Positions 8,618 through 17,477 are shown, counted from the first letter of the stretch. The stretch is 40,000 nt of DNA from Mesorhizobium argentiipisi (GCF_037179585.1 NZ_JAPYKO010000004.1:213758-253757), one strand, 5' to 3'. Numbers and translations are program-made. The notes: generated by a model not told the origin, from the letters alone.

Positions 8618-9364
8618 ATGAAGTCCTTCAATGTGAAGTCGAATGCGAAGCGGTTTGCCAAGCAACTGGCGGGCAAGTTCCCCGGCTACATCGCTGATGA
8701 GCCGGTCGCGGTGAGCCCTGGCGCCCGCGAATGGTATCCCCATGTCGCCGCCCCGTCTAAGGTGCTGGCCGAGGGTATCCCCGCCGACATCGCTGCCGCC
8801 GCTTTCGTCAACGGCCGGCCCTATGATCCCGAGACGGCCGCCGCCTCGGCGGTTGAAATGCTTGCCAGCGAAACCAGCGGCAGCGTGCCGGGCGTGCTCA
8901 ACATCGAGGCCGAGGTCGCCAAGGTCGCGGACATGACGCCGACCGAGGTCGCTACCGCCACCAAGGCGAACAAGGCGAAGGTGAGCGAAGCCCGCAAGAT
9001 GACGCCGGCCGACATGAAGGCCGCCGTTGAGGACCTTCCGCCGACCAAGTCCACGCCCGAGGAAATCGAGGCACGCCGTGCCGCGCGGCGCCAGCGCATC
9101 GCGACCGAGGGTCCGAAGCCGGCGAAGGCGCCCAAGCAGACGAAGGCGGCTAAGATCATTGAGCTTGTGTCGCGCGAGAACGGCGCCACCTTCGCCGAGC
9201 TTATCGAAGGCACGGAATGGCAGGCCCATACCTTGCGCGGCTACATCGCCGGCACCCTTCGCAAGAAAGGCCACAACATCGTTTGCCGGAAGATCAAGGG
9301 TGAAGAAACGCGCTACTTGATCCCGGCGCCCGAGGTGGCGGCATGTGCGCGACGTCGGTTCTGA
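8618..9364 (+). CDS. DUF3489 domain protein
   Basis: ATG 8618 follows GGAAA. The C-terminus IIELVSRENGATFAELIEGTEWQAHTLRGYIAGTLRKKGHNIVCRKIKGEETRYLI matches the DUF3489 pattern common on alphaproteobacterial mobile DNA. Confidence 0.6.
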   Translation: MKSFNVKSNAKRFAKQLAGKFPGYIADEPVAVSPGAREWYPHVAAPSKVLAEGIPADIAAAAFVNGRPYDPETAAASAVEMLASETSGSVPGVLNIEAEVAKVADMTPTEVATATKANKAKVSEARKMTPADMKAAVEDLPPTKSTPEEIEARRAARRQRIATEGPKPAKAPKQTKAAKIIELVSRENGATFAELIEGTEWQAHTLRGYIAGTLRKKGHNIVCRKIKGEETRYLIPAPEVAACARRRF

Positions 9365-9423
9365 TTTGCAAGACGTGCGGCCGTCAGATGAGTTGAGCTA
9401 AGGCGAAGCTCATAGCTCCGTGA

Positions 9424-9906
9424 TCATGCTGGCCTTTGCCGCTGCATCACCCGCCATTCGTGCCAGATCAACACCATCACCACCGCGTCAAACACGGTCA
9501 GGACCAAAAGACCGGGGGAGTGGGTGTAGGACCAGCGGTAGACTTGGTAGACCATGAACGCTCCAAGCGCTATGAGCGAGGCAGGATACGACCACAACTT
9601 GCCTCGCAGAAGCCCGACGACCAACAGCAGTTTGATCAGGCCGTGGCTGAGGAGATAGAAGGCGTAGAATTCCTTGCTGGCGACCGAGAAACTGCTCGCC
9701 ATCTGCGACAGATGGCCCGCTATGAAATCGTTCGGGTCTTCGATCAACTCATCCTGTGTGAAGGCATTGACCCATGACGCAATCGCGCTCGTGGTGACGA
9801 AATAGAGCAGGACACCACCGAGACATTCGATCAGGGCGTGCGCACCCTTCAGCCAGACGCTGACTTCAAAAATCTGATGGATGCGGCGTTCGTTGACTTC
9901 TCTCAC
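9424..9906 (-). CDS. DUF2127-like integral membrane protein
   Basis: 160 aa with a GTG start after GAGGTGA. There are four predicted hydrophobic helices and the N-terminal IHQIFEVSVWLKGAHALIE pattern. Confidence 0.55.
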   Translation of the reverse strand: MREVNERRIHQIFEVSVWLKGAHALIECLGGVLLYFVTTSAIASWVNAFTQDELIEDPNDFIAGHLSQMASSFSVASKEFYAFYLLSHGLIKLLLVVGLLRGKLWSYPASLIALGAFMVYQVYRWSYTHSPGLLVLTVFDAVVMVLIWHEWRVMQRQRPA

Positions 9907-9945
9907 AAATCACCTCGCGGTTCACAACAACGGAAGCAACAACGA

Positions 9946-10488
9946 ATGGATGCAACCCTCACTCACTGGATCAACGCGGCGGCCGGGCTTCACCCGGTGC
10001 TCGACAAGGCAATGATCGGTATCTCGCAAATCGGTGTTCCCTTGATGGTGCTGGCGGTGGTCCTGCAATGGTGGGTGAAGGTCGACCGCCACCACGTTAG
10101 ACACGCGGCGCTGTCTTCGGGACTGGCGTTCCTGCTCGGGCTTGCGATCAACCAGTTCATCCTTTTGTTCGTTCATCGGATGAGGCCCTATGATGCCGGC
10201 GTGACGCATTTGCTGATCGCCCCCAGCGCCGACTGGTCGTTCCCGTCGGATCACGCGACCGCGACTGTAGCGATTGTCGCTGCGTTTGCGATGCAAGGTC
10301 TGCCGCGCCGGACGCTTGGCTTCGCTGTTCTGGCATTTCTGGTCTGCTGGTCGAGAGTCTACATCGGCACCCACTACCTCACTGACGTGATTGGTGGTGC
10401 TGCAACGGGCATCGCAGCTGCCAGTGTGGTCCGTTTGGCCTATCGCGAGAACTCCCGTTTGGACAGGCTGGTAACCAACATTCTTTAG
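9946..10488 (+). CDS. PAP2 family phosphatase (undecaprenyl-diphosphatase-like)
   Basis: ATG 9946 follows GGAAG. The three PAP2 motifs are present: HRMRPY, SFPSDHA and SRVYIGTHYLTDV. Multiple TM helices. Confidence 0.8.
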   Translation: MDATLTHWINAAAGLHPVLDKAMIGISQIGVPLMVLAVVLQWWVKVDRHHVRHAALSSGLAFLLGLAINQFILLFVHRMRPYDAGVTHLLIAPSADWSFPSDHATATVAIVAAFAMQGLPRRTLGFAVLAFLVCWSRVYIGTHYLTDVIGGAATGIAAASVVRLAYRENSRLDRLVTNIL

Positions 10489-10557
10489 AGCCGACCTTAC
10501 GGATTGGTATTATTTGTACGGTGGACGTTTCTCGAAACTGCGAGAAAATGAGCCACT

Positions 10558-10794
10558 ATGCCTACATTTTTCTTTGATGTTTCCGATGCCGGGGACGTCT
10601 ATCACGACGCACACGGAACCAGCCTCCCAAGCGAAGAGGCGGCCAAGATCAGAGGCTTCGCAATCGTCAGCAAACTTATGCTCCAAAAGGGCCGCACCGA
10701 GGGCGATGACGTAGTCTGTACAATCCGCGACATTACCGGCCACCAGATCATGCAGATTGCACTTGTGTCCGGAGCGCCCGTTGTCCGCGCTTAA
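10558..10794 (+). CDS. DUF6894-like small protein
   Basis: MPTFFFDVSDAGDVYHDAHGTSLPSEEAAKIRG matches the MP.yfFhv.dg....D..G.elpd..aA pattern of DUF6894. Confidence 0.5.
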   Translation: MPTFFFDVSDAGDVYHDAHGTSLPSEEAAKIRGFAIVSKLMLQKGRTEGDDVVCTIRDITGHQIMQIALVSGAPVVRA

Positions 10795-10980
10795 CCGTTG
10801 CGCTTTCGTCACCAATCCCGTCTTGCCGCGCTATTTCGTCTCGCAAGGCTCTGGGGGAAGCGGAGGAACGGGAAGGGGACGGGAACCAGACCCGTGGCGG
10901 CCCTACCCACCGCTGACGACGGAAGGAATTCGGAACTATTTTAGTAAATGCTGATTGAATCGCGTTCTTGCGAGTCAGTC

Positions 10981-11864
10981 ATGCGTCTTGTGTTCATTCC
11001 GCCAATGAAGCCCAAGCTCGTGAAGAGCCCACCCCTCGGCGACGACTGGATTCATGAGATCAAGCTGGACGGCTATCGAACGCAAGTCGTCATCAACAGC
11101 CCCGATGATATCCGCGCCTATTCGAGTTCCGGTGCGGACTGGACGAAACGTTACCTCGGCATCGTTGAGGCCGCCCGCGAGCTAGGCGTTGAGTCCGCCA
11201 TCATTGACGGCGAAGCCGTGGTGCCTGGCGACGATGGCCGGCCCGACTTCCACAAGATGCAACGGGTTATCCAGAAAGACCCGTACGCCGCCATCCTTGG
11301 CGCCTTCGATATCCTGCACCTCAATGGCCACGATTTGCGAGACATCGGCTGTAAGGCGAGGCGGGAAATGCTCTACAGCATCGTGAAGCCCGGCACCCGG
11401 ATTCAATTCAGCGAGGCGTTGCCAGGCGACGCCGCCTCGATCTTCTATCTGGTCGATCAAGCCGGGATTGAGGGCGTGGTGTCTAAGCGCGCTCATAGCA
11501 TCTATCGCAGCGGCCCGACTGCGAACTGGGTGAAGACGAAAAGTTACAAGCACACTGATCTTGATCTTGTCGGGGTCGAGCGCGAGGCCGGGAAGCCAAC
11601 CATTGCCAGGTTCGTGGAACCGGGCACCCACCATTATGCGGGGCCGCCGTCATCACCCTCGGCCGTGAAGCTCGCGAACGGCTATGGGCGAAGGTCAAGG
11701 CGAAGGCCGGCGGCGCCCCGCCAAGCGAGGCGATGCGAAAAAAATACCCGGCGACGCAATGGGTGAAACCTGGCTTGCGGGCCACAGTGAAACACTTGCG
11801 AGGCGAAGAGTTCTTGCGGCACGGGTCGGTTATAGGGTGGTCAAACGAAGCTACGAGCGGTTGA
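10981..11864 (+). pseudogene. ATP-dependent DNA ligase (LigD ligase-domain type) interrupted by a frameshift near 11640
   Basis: Frame 1 carries motif I EIKLDGYR, motif III IIDGEAVV, motif IV EGVVSKR and motif V WVKTK. After YAG at about 11640 the homology continues in another frame. My translation there is AAVITLGREARERLWAKVK...TQWVKPGLRATVKHLRGEEFLRHGSVIGW, with a stop at 11862..11864. Confidence 0.7.
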
Positions 11865-11917
11865 CTCTACATAAGATAACGCTAATGTTTTATTTTCGAA
11901 CAAGAGGGGGACGATCG

Positions 11918-12304
11918 ATGTCTATTCGTGCTTATCGTGACCTGTCCTTCGCACTTTCCCTGAGCGGGATCGACGACATAGCTTCGCAAGATGCATTTCT
12001 ACAAGAATTGAATGACGCGTATGATATTAAGTCAAATCCGGCGCTGGCGAAACCCGACGACGAAGAATTAAACGCCCTTGCGACACTTTTGCGCGCCTTA
12101 TTCGCCAAGTATGGTGTTTCGGATACGCAGGAGCAAGACTTTGCAATTTCTATTATAGGCGCTGTTGTCTTTCGTAATATCCACGACGATGCCGGGAAAT
12201 TCACGCCGTTTAACCCTGTTATTGTCGGGGCCGTTATTGCGGTTGGAGCCACCGTTGCGATTTACCTCGTCTGGAAGTATCTGGTTCGGTATCAGCCTCC
12301 ATGA
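11918..12304 (+). CDS. hypothetical tail-anchored membrane protein (low-GC moron)
   Basis: ATG 11918 follows the strong RBS AGAGGGGGA. 128 aa with a single C-terminal TM helix (PVIVGAVIAVGATVAIYLVW). The upstream part of track ORF 11684..12304 is read-through of the ligase remnant. Confidence 0.5.
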   Translation: MSIRAYRDLSFALSLSGIDDIASQDAFLQELNDAYDIKSNPALAKPDDEELNALATLLRALFAKYGVSDTQEQDFAISIIGAVVFRNIHDDAGKFTPFNPVIVGAVIAVGATVAIYLVWKYLVRYQPP

Positions 12305-12691
12305 TCTCGCGCCCGTGATATGTCGGCAGCATGCTGATGACCGCCACATGACGAAGTCTCACGGGCGCGCTATCGTCAACTGATTGATGTCGTTGTAGGA
12401 ATCCGCTGGGCTCGGGCACGCCGGGACCGGTGCGACGCATTCGCAAAATCAATGGATGATACACGCCGCGTATATTACAGGTATGCTTTTCCGGTTTTCA
12501 GACGCTAGAGAGAATGTGCGCCGCAGCGTCCCCCTCACCCCTGGCACCGCCGGCGGAGGACCCGCGAAATCGTAAGCGATTGATATGATTGATGTTTCGG
12601 CTCTTTGGCCCTCTGGCATTGATCCTTCCGCCGAGGGGTGCAGCGCGATAGGCCGAGGCCTGATGCATCAACGTTTGTGAAGGGTCGAGGA

Positions 12692-13240
12692 TCAACCCTT
12701 GAAGGCGTATCGCTTCAACTGCCGCACCACGTTGGCGGTGAGCCGGTCTTGAGCATCGGCGATGATCTCGCCTTGCTCAATGGCTTGGGTCATGACCTGG
12801 GTAACACCTGACCCCCATAGTTCTTTGATCGGGAATCGCTTTTTCGTGGTGCGGGCGAATACCCCCTCATGCCCTGACCGCATTATCGCAATGAAGGTGT
12901 GCTTATACAGCTTTCGGACGCCCCAGGCGTTTGCGGTGACACCCGCTTTCGTTTGCCTCGCCGCGAACTTTATCAGGGCGATGGGTCGGCCCGAACCTCG
13001 GATAACAGCGGTTAGGGTTGTGGGTTTCGAATAGGGATAGATGTGGATTGAGGGATCAACGTCGGCCCGCTTCAATCCCCCTTGCTTCGCTACGATGCGA
13101 GCCGCGTTGGTGCGGACCTGTTTAGCCGTGGTGTTGACTGCCACGGAAAGCGCCTGATGGAGCCGGGCGCCCTGCAGCTTGCGCATGAGGGCGCGGACCT
13201 CCGTCGTATTCCAGTCCGCGCGTATCTCAAGGCCGGACAT
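12692..13240 (-). CDS. minor tail protein Z-like (gpZ / HK97 gp10-like head-tail completion)
   Basis: 182 aa. Colinear resemblance to lambda gpZ (A.N..A......A..VA...R..V.....G.PI.LIKF.AR...GV....R....FIA....GH.GVF.R....R.PI.EL.G). Confidence 0.6.
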   Translation of the reverse strand: MSGLEIRADWNTTEVRALMRKLQGARLHQALSVAVNTTAKQVRTNAARIVAKQGGLKRADVDPSIHIYPYSKPTTLTAVIRGSGRPIALIKFAARQTKAGVTANAWGVRKLYKHTFIAIMRSGHEGVFARTTKKRFPIKELWGSGVTQVMTQAIEQGEIIADAQDRLTANVVRQLKRYAFKG

Positions 13241-13245
13241 CGGCC

Positions 13246-13437
13246 CTACTTCGTCTTGCCTTTGCGGACCTCGGCCACGGGCTCGACCTGGGCGACCTCG
13301 GCGGCCTCACGCGGCAGAGCACCGGCGCGGCGCAACCGGGCGATGGTATCGGCCCCGACATCCTCGGGTAGCGGGCCTTTGCGGAACTGCCTCGGGCTAC
13401 CACGGTCAGCCACGATCATGTCGCGTATGATGTCCAT
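13246..13437 (-). CDS. hypothetical protein (63 aa) in an operon with the gpZ-like gene
   Basis: ATG 13437 follows AAGGA. Its stop lies 6 nt before the gpZ-like start. Confidence 0.4.
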   Translation of the reverse strand: MDIIRDMIVADRGSPRQFRKGPLPEDVGADTIARLRRAGALPREAAEVAQVEPVAEVRKGKTK

Positions 13438-13473
13438 TGCGGGAATCCTTCTATGGGCTCGGGAATGACGCGC

Positions 13474-13503
13474 ATAAAGCCGGATTCGTTTGCGGTTCGT
13501 CAA
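13474..13503 (-). promoter_or_regulatory. candidate promoter TTGACG-N18-CTTTAT with GANTC in the spacer
   Basis: The minus strand reads GTTGACGAACCGCAAACGAATCCGGCTTTAT. It lies about 35 nt upstream of ATG 13437. It contains a motif-family copy at 13488..13504. Confidence 0.45.
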
Positions 13504-13582
13504 CATCCACGCTTCGCGGTTCGGCATGTATTTTTCCTGAAATCGTCCATACGCCCGAAAAATACAGCTAACCCGTTGTTTC

Positions 13583-13626
13583 TATATATATAAATTTATT
13601 TGTATGAAAATATATAAATAAATAAA
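13583..13626. other. 44-nt almost pure A/T tract with the duplicated word ATATATAAAT
   Basis: tatatatataaatttatttgtatgaaaatatataaataaataaa, sitting in roughly 63% GC DNA. It is non-coding and lies at the junction between minus-strand and plus-strand gene blocks. Confidence 0.6.
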
Positions 13627-13748
13627 CCCCGTCACGCTTATGCCTATGCGCTACGCGCCTCGCATTTGCCTGTATGCGCTGAATAGCTATTTGTTTTTGC
13701 CCGATTTTCCATACACTCAAATAAGCGCTGCGAAATCAGCGGATTAGG

Positions 13749-13783
13749 TGTATTTTCCGGCCTATTTTTCCTTGTATTTTCCG
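13749..13783 (+). repeat. direct repeat TGTATTTTCCG x2 (24-nt period) with a related CCTATTTTTCC between the copies
   Basis: Read directly at 13749..13759 and 13773..13783. A nearby pair is GCCTATGCGCT / GCCTGTATGCGCT at about 13642..13680. Confidence 0.55.
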
Positions 13784-13909
13784 CGATGTATACGTGTGGA
13801 CATGGCGTCATGGCCGAAAGAGTTGGCATTCTGCAAACTGGGCTCTTGCGCTTTCGATATTCGCAGCGTATATCAACGTTATCGAAACGCAAACGAACGA
13901 ATTGCCCCG

Positions 13910-14119
13910 ATGTCCGACACCGCCTTCAAGTCCGCGCCTTACGCCTCCTACACCACGATCGAGCTGGCCCGCGCCGCTGATGCCCCGCGCCTGTCCACGG
14001 CCGAGCGCATCCGCATGCTTGACGAAATCAGCCGCCGCGAGCGTGTCGAGGCCGGCGATATGGACAGCATGACTCCCGGCGAGCGGTTGCGCTTCATCAA
14101 GTCCGGCGAAGCCCGCTAA
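13910..14119 (+). CDS. hypothetical protein (69 aa)
   Basis: Internal ATG of track ORF 13748..14119. GC-rich codon usage begins here. The leader AAACGCAAACGAACG is shared with two other operon starts. RBS is weak. Confidence 0.4.
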   Translation: MSDTAFKSAPYASYTTIELARAADAPRLSTAERIRMLDEISRRERVEAGDMDSMTPGERLRFIKSGEAR

Positions 14120-14146
14120 CCCGCATCCGAACCGAGGGGCACCCGC

Positions 14147-14617
14147 ATGCCTAAGACCGTTTACACCGCCATTGACGCCAACGGGGTCGAGCACACCCGT
14201 AAGACCGACCGCACCTATACCCACACCGTTGTTTTCCAGCGCTCAAAGGACTCCGCGATTACCCGCGCCAACGAAGACGTCGCCCACAACACGAAGCACG
14301 CCCGCGAACAGTTCCACCACGCCGCCGCCACCATCGAAGAGAACAAGGGGTTTCTGCGGGCCAAGCGTTGCGACATCCTCTGCCGCGACGATGTCTACGC
14401 CACGAAGATGCAGACCGAGGGCAAGGGCTTCGTTGCCAAGTATGGCACGCCCGAGGGCTACGCCGCCGCCAAGCTCGCCGAAGCCCTGGCAGCTATCGAG
14501 GCCACCGACTGGACGGTCTGGCATAACGCGGGATGGTGTGGGCGCCACGACCTCGCCCTCAAGCTCGCCGCTCAATCCGGGCCTTCTGCCGTCATCCTCC
14601 CGGCGACCGCGAAGTAA
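14147..14617 (+). CDS. hypothetical phage protein (156 aa)
   Basis: RBS GAGGGG with good coding bias. No recognisable motif. Confidence 0.55.
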   Translation: MPKTVYTAIDANGVEHTRKTDRTYTHTVVFQRSKDSAITRANEDVAHNTKHAREQFHHAAATIEENKGFLRAKRCDILCRDDVYATKMQTEGKGFVAKYGTPEGYAAAKLAEALAAIEATDWTVWHNAGWCGRHDLALKLAAQSGPSAVILPATAK

Positions 14618-14679
14618 GGCCCACGGGGCTGGCGGGGATGACCCGCCGCCCCCTTCACCCCAACCCAGGAATCAGCACG

Positions 14680-14868
14680 ATGGCAAACCCCACTTTCCGC
14701 CGCGTCGTCCGCCTTTGGGATGACGCCACCAAGAGCGTTGTTACCCGCGAAATCGAGATCAACATTGACGTGGACTCGCTCGCCGTGGCGCTCGCGAAAA
14801 AAGCGATCAAGAATAAGTCCAAGAAATCGAAGCTGGTGGCCGGCGATATCACGGGGGCCTTGGTCTGA
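14680..14868 (+). CDS. hypothetical protein (62 aa)
   Basis: ATG 14680 follows AGGAA. The product is MANPTFRRVVRLWDD... Confidence 0.45.
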   Translation: MANPTFRRVVRLWDDATKSVVTREIEINIDVDSLAVALAKKAIKNKSKKSKLVAGDITGALV

Positions 14869-14910
14869 CGGCCGATACCCTCTATACGTGCCGGTTATTT
14901 GAGGGGGTGA

Positions 14911-15420
14911 ATGTCGATGCCTGATTGGCTTAGCAGTCTGTTCTCGCTTACCAAGGAGATAAGTTCCAAAGCCGCCCTGCCGATCTTCATCGCGACGTTT
15001 GTATTGCTGTTTTTGCCTGATCCCTACAGCCAAAAAATAGGACTCGATCAGTTTCGCGACACGTATCGAATTTGGGTGGGTGTTCTGTTGCTCCTATCGG
15101 GCGCCGCATTAATCACAAATGCGATATGGGCTATCGCTGGCTTTCTGAGGCCCAAAATAAACACATGGCTTTTCGTTCGCGAAAAAAGGAAAACGTTGCG
15201 CAGTCTGACCGCCGATGAAAAGGCGATACTTCGGCGGTTTATTATAGATGGCGAAGCATCCGTGCACGCCAATTTGAACAGCGGGCCGATCAACCTCCTG
15301 GAGCATAAGGAGATTGTAACCAGGGCCGCTAACGTATCCGTGAGGTTGACGATATTCTCTTACATCATGCAGCCGTGGGCTCGCGAATATCTTGAGCGGA
15401 ACAGAGACCTTCTGAATTGA
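14911..15420 (+). CDS. SieB-like superinfection exclusion membrane protein (candidate)
   Basis: RBS GAGGGGG in a low-GC segment. Two N-terminal TM helices are followed by LTADEKAILRRFIIDGEASVHANLNSGPINLLEHKEIVTRA and IMQPWAREYL. This resembles the architecture of superinfection exclusion protein B family members. Confidence 0.45.
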   Translation: MSMPDWLSSLFSLTKEISSKAALPIFIATFVLLFLPDPYSQKIGLDQFRDTYRIWVGVLLLLSGAALITNAIWAIAGFLRPKINTWLFVREKRKTLRSLTADEKAILRRFIIDGEASVHANLNSGPINLLEHKEIVTRAANVSVRLTIFSYIMQPWAREYLERNRDLLN

Positions 15421-15482
15421 AACACAAGGCTGGACCGCTCGACCTTTAAGCGAAAAAAGATCACATTCCGAGCGTTTGCATA

Positions 15483-15511
15483 TTGCAACCATGATATTCG
15501 CTATGTATATG
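15483..15511 (+). promoter_or_regulatory. candidate promoter TTGCAA-N17-TATATG (TG-extended) overlapping motif copy 15474..15490
   Basis: GTTTGCATATTGCAACCATGATATTCGCTATGTATATG, located 34 nt upstream of ATG 15545. Confidence 0.45.
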
Positions 15512-15544
15512 AGTGTTGTGGAAACGAAAACGAAGGCCGAAGCA

Positions 15545-15766
15545 ATGCACTACTTCTCTTTCCGCGCCGCCTGCCCGAACCGGGCGAAGCTCGCCACGAT
15601 GACGAAAGAGGCCGCCGCCGATTGGGCGGCCTCGGCCTCGACCGAGTGTTCGGAAGTCTCGCGCCTCGCCGAAATGGAAACGTTCTTCAACCTCACCCGC
15701 GCCGAAACCAATGCGCTGCACCGGGCCGCCGTTGACGCCCGCGTCGCCGCTCGCTTCGCGAACTAA
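15545..15766 (+). CDS. hypothetical protein (73 aa)
   Basis: ATG 15545 follows the GAAGG RBS in the leader GGAAACGAAAACGAAGGCC. The track ORF start at 15476 is a TTG inside the promoter motif. Confidence 0.4.
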   Translation: MHYFSFRAACPNRAKLATMTKEAAADWAASASTECSEVSRLAEMETFFNLTRAETNALHRAAVDARVAARFAN

Positions 15767-15776
15767 GGGGGCTGAC

Positions 15777-16643
15777 ATGGTGAACTTTGACGACCTCGAT
15801 ACGGACCCGATGACCTCGATCCCGGTGGCGCCTGTTGCCACCCCGGAAGAGATCCGCGCCGCCGCTCACATAGCCAACGGTGGCGACGCCTCATTCCCGT
15901 GCCCGAAGTGCAACGGAACTGGCCGGTGGGGTGCCGCCCGCTCTTACGATTGGAAGCCTTGTTTCAAGTGCCAGGGCAAAGGCAGGGTGTCCAAGGGTGT
16001 CGCCGCCGCCGCCAAGGGCAAGGTGACGCGGGCCGCGAACCTCGCGGCCGCTAAGGGCGAGTTTGAGGCAGCGAACCCGGACCTGATGAAAGGCCTTCGC
16101 GAAATCGCGGGCTGGCATTGTTTCGCCGGTGAACTGCTTTCGAAGTTCGAACAGTACGGCGAGCTAACCGCCGGCCAGGTCGGCGCCGCGTTGAACAGCC
16201 TCGCCGAGGTGAAGCGGAAGCGCGAGGAAAAGGCGGCGGCTCGAGCCTCGGAAACCGCCGATAGGTCCGGCGAGGTCGGCGTCGACCGGATTAACGCGCT
16301 GTTCGCCACCGCCATGGAATCCGGTTTGAAAAAGCCGCTGTTCCGCACCGAACGCCTCACGATCAAGCCGGCAAAGCTTCACCCCGGCACCCTCTACGTG
16401 ACCGACAAGACGGCCGGCGGTGAGTACGTGGGCAAGATCGTCAACGGCCAGTTCACGGCCCGGCGTGAGGCCGCCCCGGACACCCTGGCGCTGCTTTGCG
16501 CCATCGCAGCGGACCCGCTGAAAGCCGCCATCGACTACGGCCGGTCCACCGGGGTTTGCGGCTGCTGTGGCCGCGAGCTTACCGACACCAAATCCGTCAA
16601 GGCCGGCATCGGCCCGATTTGCGCAACCAAATGGGGCCTTTGA
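15777..16643 (+). CDS. zinc-finger protein with a C-terminal DUF6011-like motif
   Basis: RBS AAGGGGG. A DnaJ-type CxxCxGxG pair is present (CPKCNGTGR, CFKCQGKGR). The C-terminal CGCCGRELTDTKSVKAGIGPICATKWG matches the DUF6011 pattern. Confidence 0.6.
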   Translation: MVNFDDLDTDPMTSIPVAPVATPEEIRAAAHIANGGDASFPCPKCNGTGRWGAARSYDWKPCFKCQGKGRVSKGVAAAAKGKVTRAANLAAAKGEFEAANPDLMKGLREIAGWHCFAGELLSKFEQYGELTAGQVGAALNSLAEVKRKREEKAAARASETADRSGEVGVDRINALFATAMESGLKKPLFRTERLTIKPAKLHPGTLYVTDKTAGGEYVGKIVNGQFTARREAAPDTLALLCAIAADPLKAAIDYGRSTGVCGCCGRELTDTKSVKAGIGPICATKWGL

Positions 16644-16677
16644 GCCCACGCCTTCCCCTTGAAAAGGATCAACTGCA

Positions 16678-16899
16678 ATGGGCAAGACTACCCCGAAAGA
16701 AATGAACGACTCCGACGTCGTCGCCGCCGAGCAAGCATTGCTCGCCGCAAAGGTCCGCAACATCCTGATACGGGAATGCATGCGGATCGGCGACGATGGC
16801 AACCTAGAAACCGCCGGCCTTCTCGCGAAGGCTGTCCGCGCCCTTACCTCTGATCAGATTTTGCGGATGCGCCGCGCCATCCTGGGGGCGGGTCAATGA
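16678..16899 (+). CDS. hypothetical protein (73 aa)
   Basis: RBS AAAGGA. Last gene of the plus-strand operon. Confidence 0.45.
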   Translation: MGKTTPKEMNDSDVVAAEQALLAAKVRNILIRECMRIGDDGNLETAGLLAKAVRALTSDQILRMRRAILGAGQ

Positions 16900-16961
16900 A
16901 GCCGTACATTGGCGTCGTCTGGAAAACTGCCGGCCAAGGCCAAGACATCTCGGTCAAGCAA

Positions 16962-17477
16962 CTATTGGGCATGCGAAATAAGGTATTTGAGAGCATCCAC
17001 GGCATCACTGGCAGCTTGTTCGCTACAAAGTGAAAAGTCTTTCTCAATAACCACGTCCTTGTGCTTTACGTCCTTGTCGCAATTACCGTGCGGCCAGCAA
17101 TTGTGGCCAATAAATACGTTCCGCAAGCAAAGCCGGTCCTTCGTACAAAACACGGTTATATCAGTTCTGAGCGCTTCTTGTCGAACATCAATTTCATCCA
17201 AGTTACCCCATGTGGATTCAGAAATAATATTCTTCATGGCGCCCATCTCCGATTGGTCGAATGAAATCGATTTACGTACTACGCTGAATTTGGAGCGGTC
17301 GCCGCCATATTTATAAGCGGTCGACATGCCTGCCACTACACTTACCGGGCACCTGAATGATTGCGCCAGCAGTTGCAGGGCGTCGCCCGCCTCATCGCCA
17401 AAAGCGTTCGAGGACGGAGACACAGTCGTAAACACCGTGGTACAGACTATGGCGAAAATCGTGCCAATCGTGCGCAT
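16962..17477 (-). CDS. secreted hypothetical protein (low-GC island)
   Basis: 171 aa with an N-terminal signal-like segment MRTIGTIFAIVCTTVFTTVSPSSNAFG. Lies 17 nt downstream of the preceding gene. Confidence 0.5.
   Translation of the reverse strand: MRTIGTIFAIVCTTVFTTVSPSSNAFGDEAGDALQLLAQSFRCPVSVVAGMSTAYKYGGDRSKFSVVRKSISFDQSEMGAMKNIISESTWGNLDEIDVRQEALRTDITVFCTKDRLCLRNVFIGHNCWPHGNCDKDVKHKDVVIEKDFSLCSEQAASDAVDALKYLISHAQ

Noticed and set aside
10853-10883. G-quadruplex-type run GGGGG-N12-GGG-N2-GGGG-N2-GGG in the DUF6894/ligase intergenic region
   Set aside because: It is a single occurrence with one long loop and no associated feature. It is probably incidental purine-rich sequence.
11684-11917. 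N-terminal 78 codons of track ORF 11684..12304
   Set aside because: This stretch is read-through of the ligase remnant in a wrong frame. The strong RBS and composition shift support a start at 11918.
12679-12700. Hairpin AAGGGT-N9-ACCCTT spanning the gpZ-like stop codon
   Set aside because: No T-run follows on the coding strand, so it is not a convincing intrinsic terminator.
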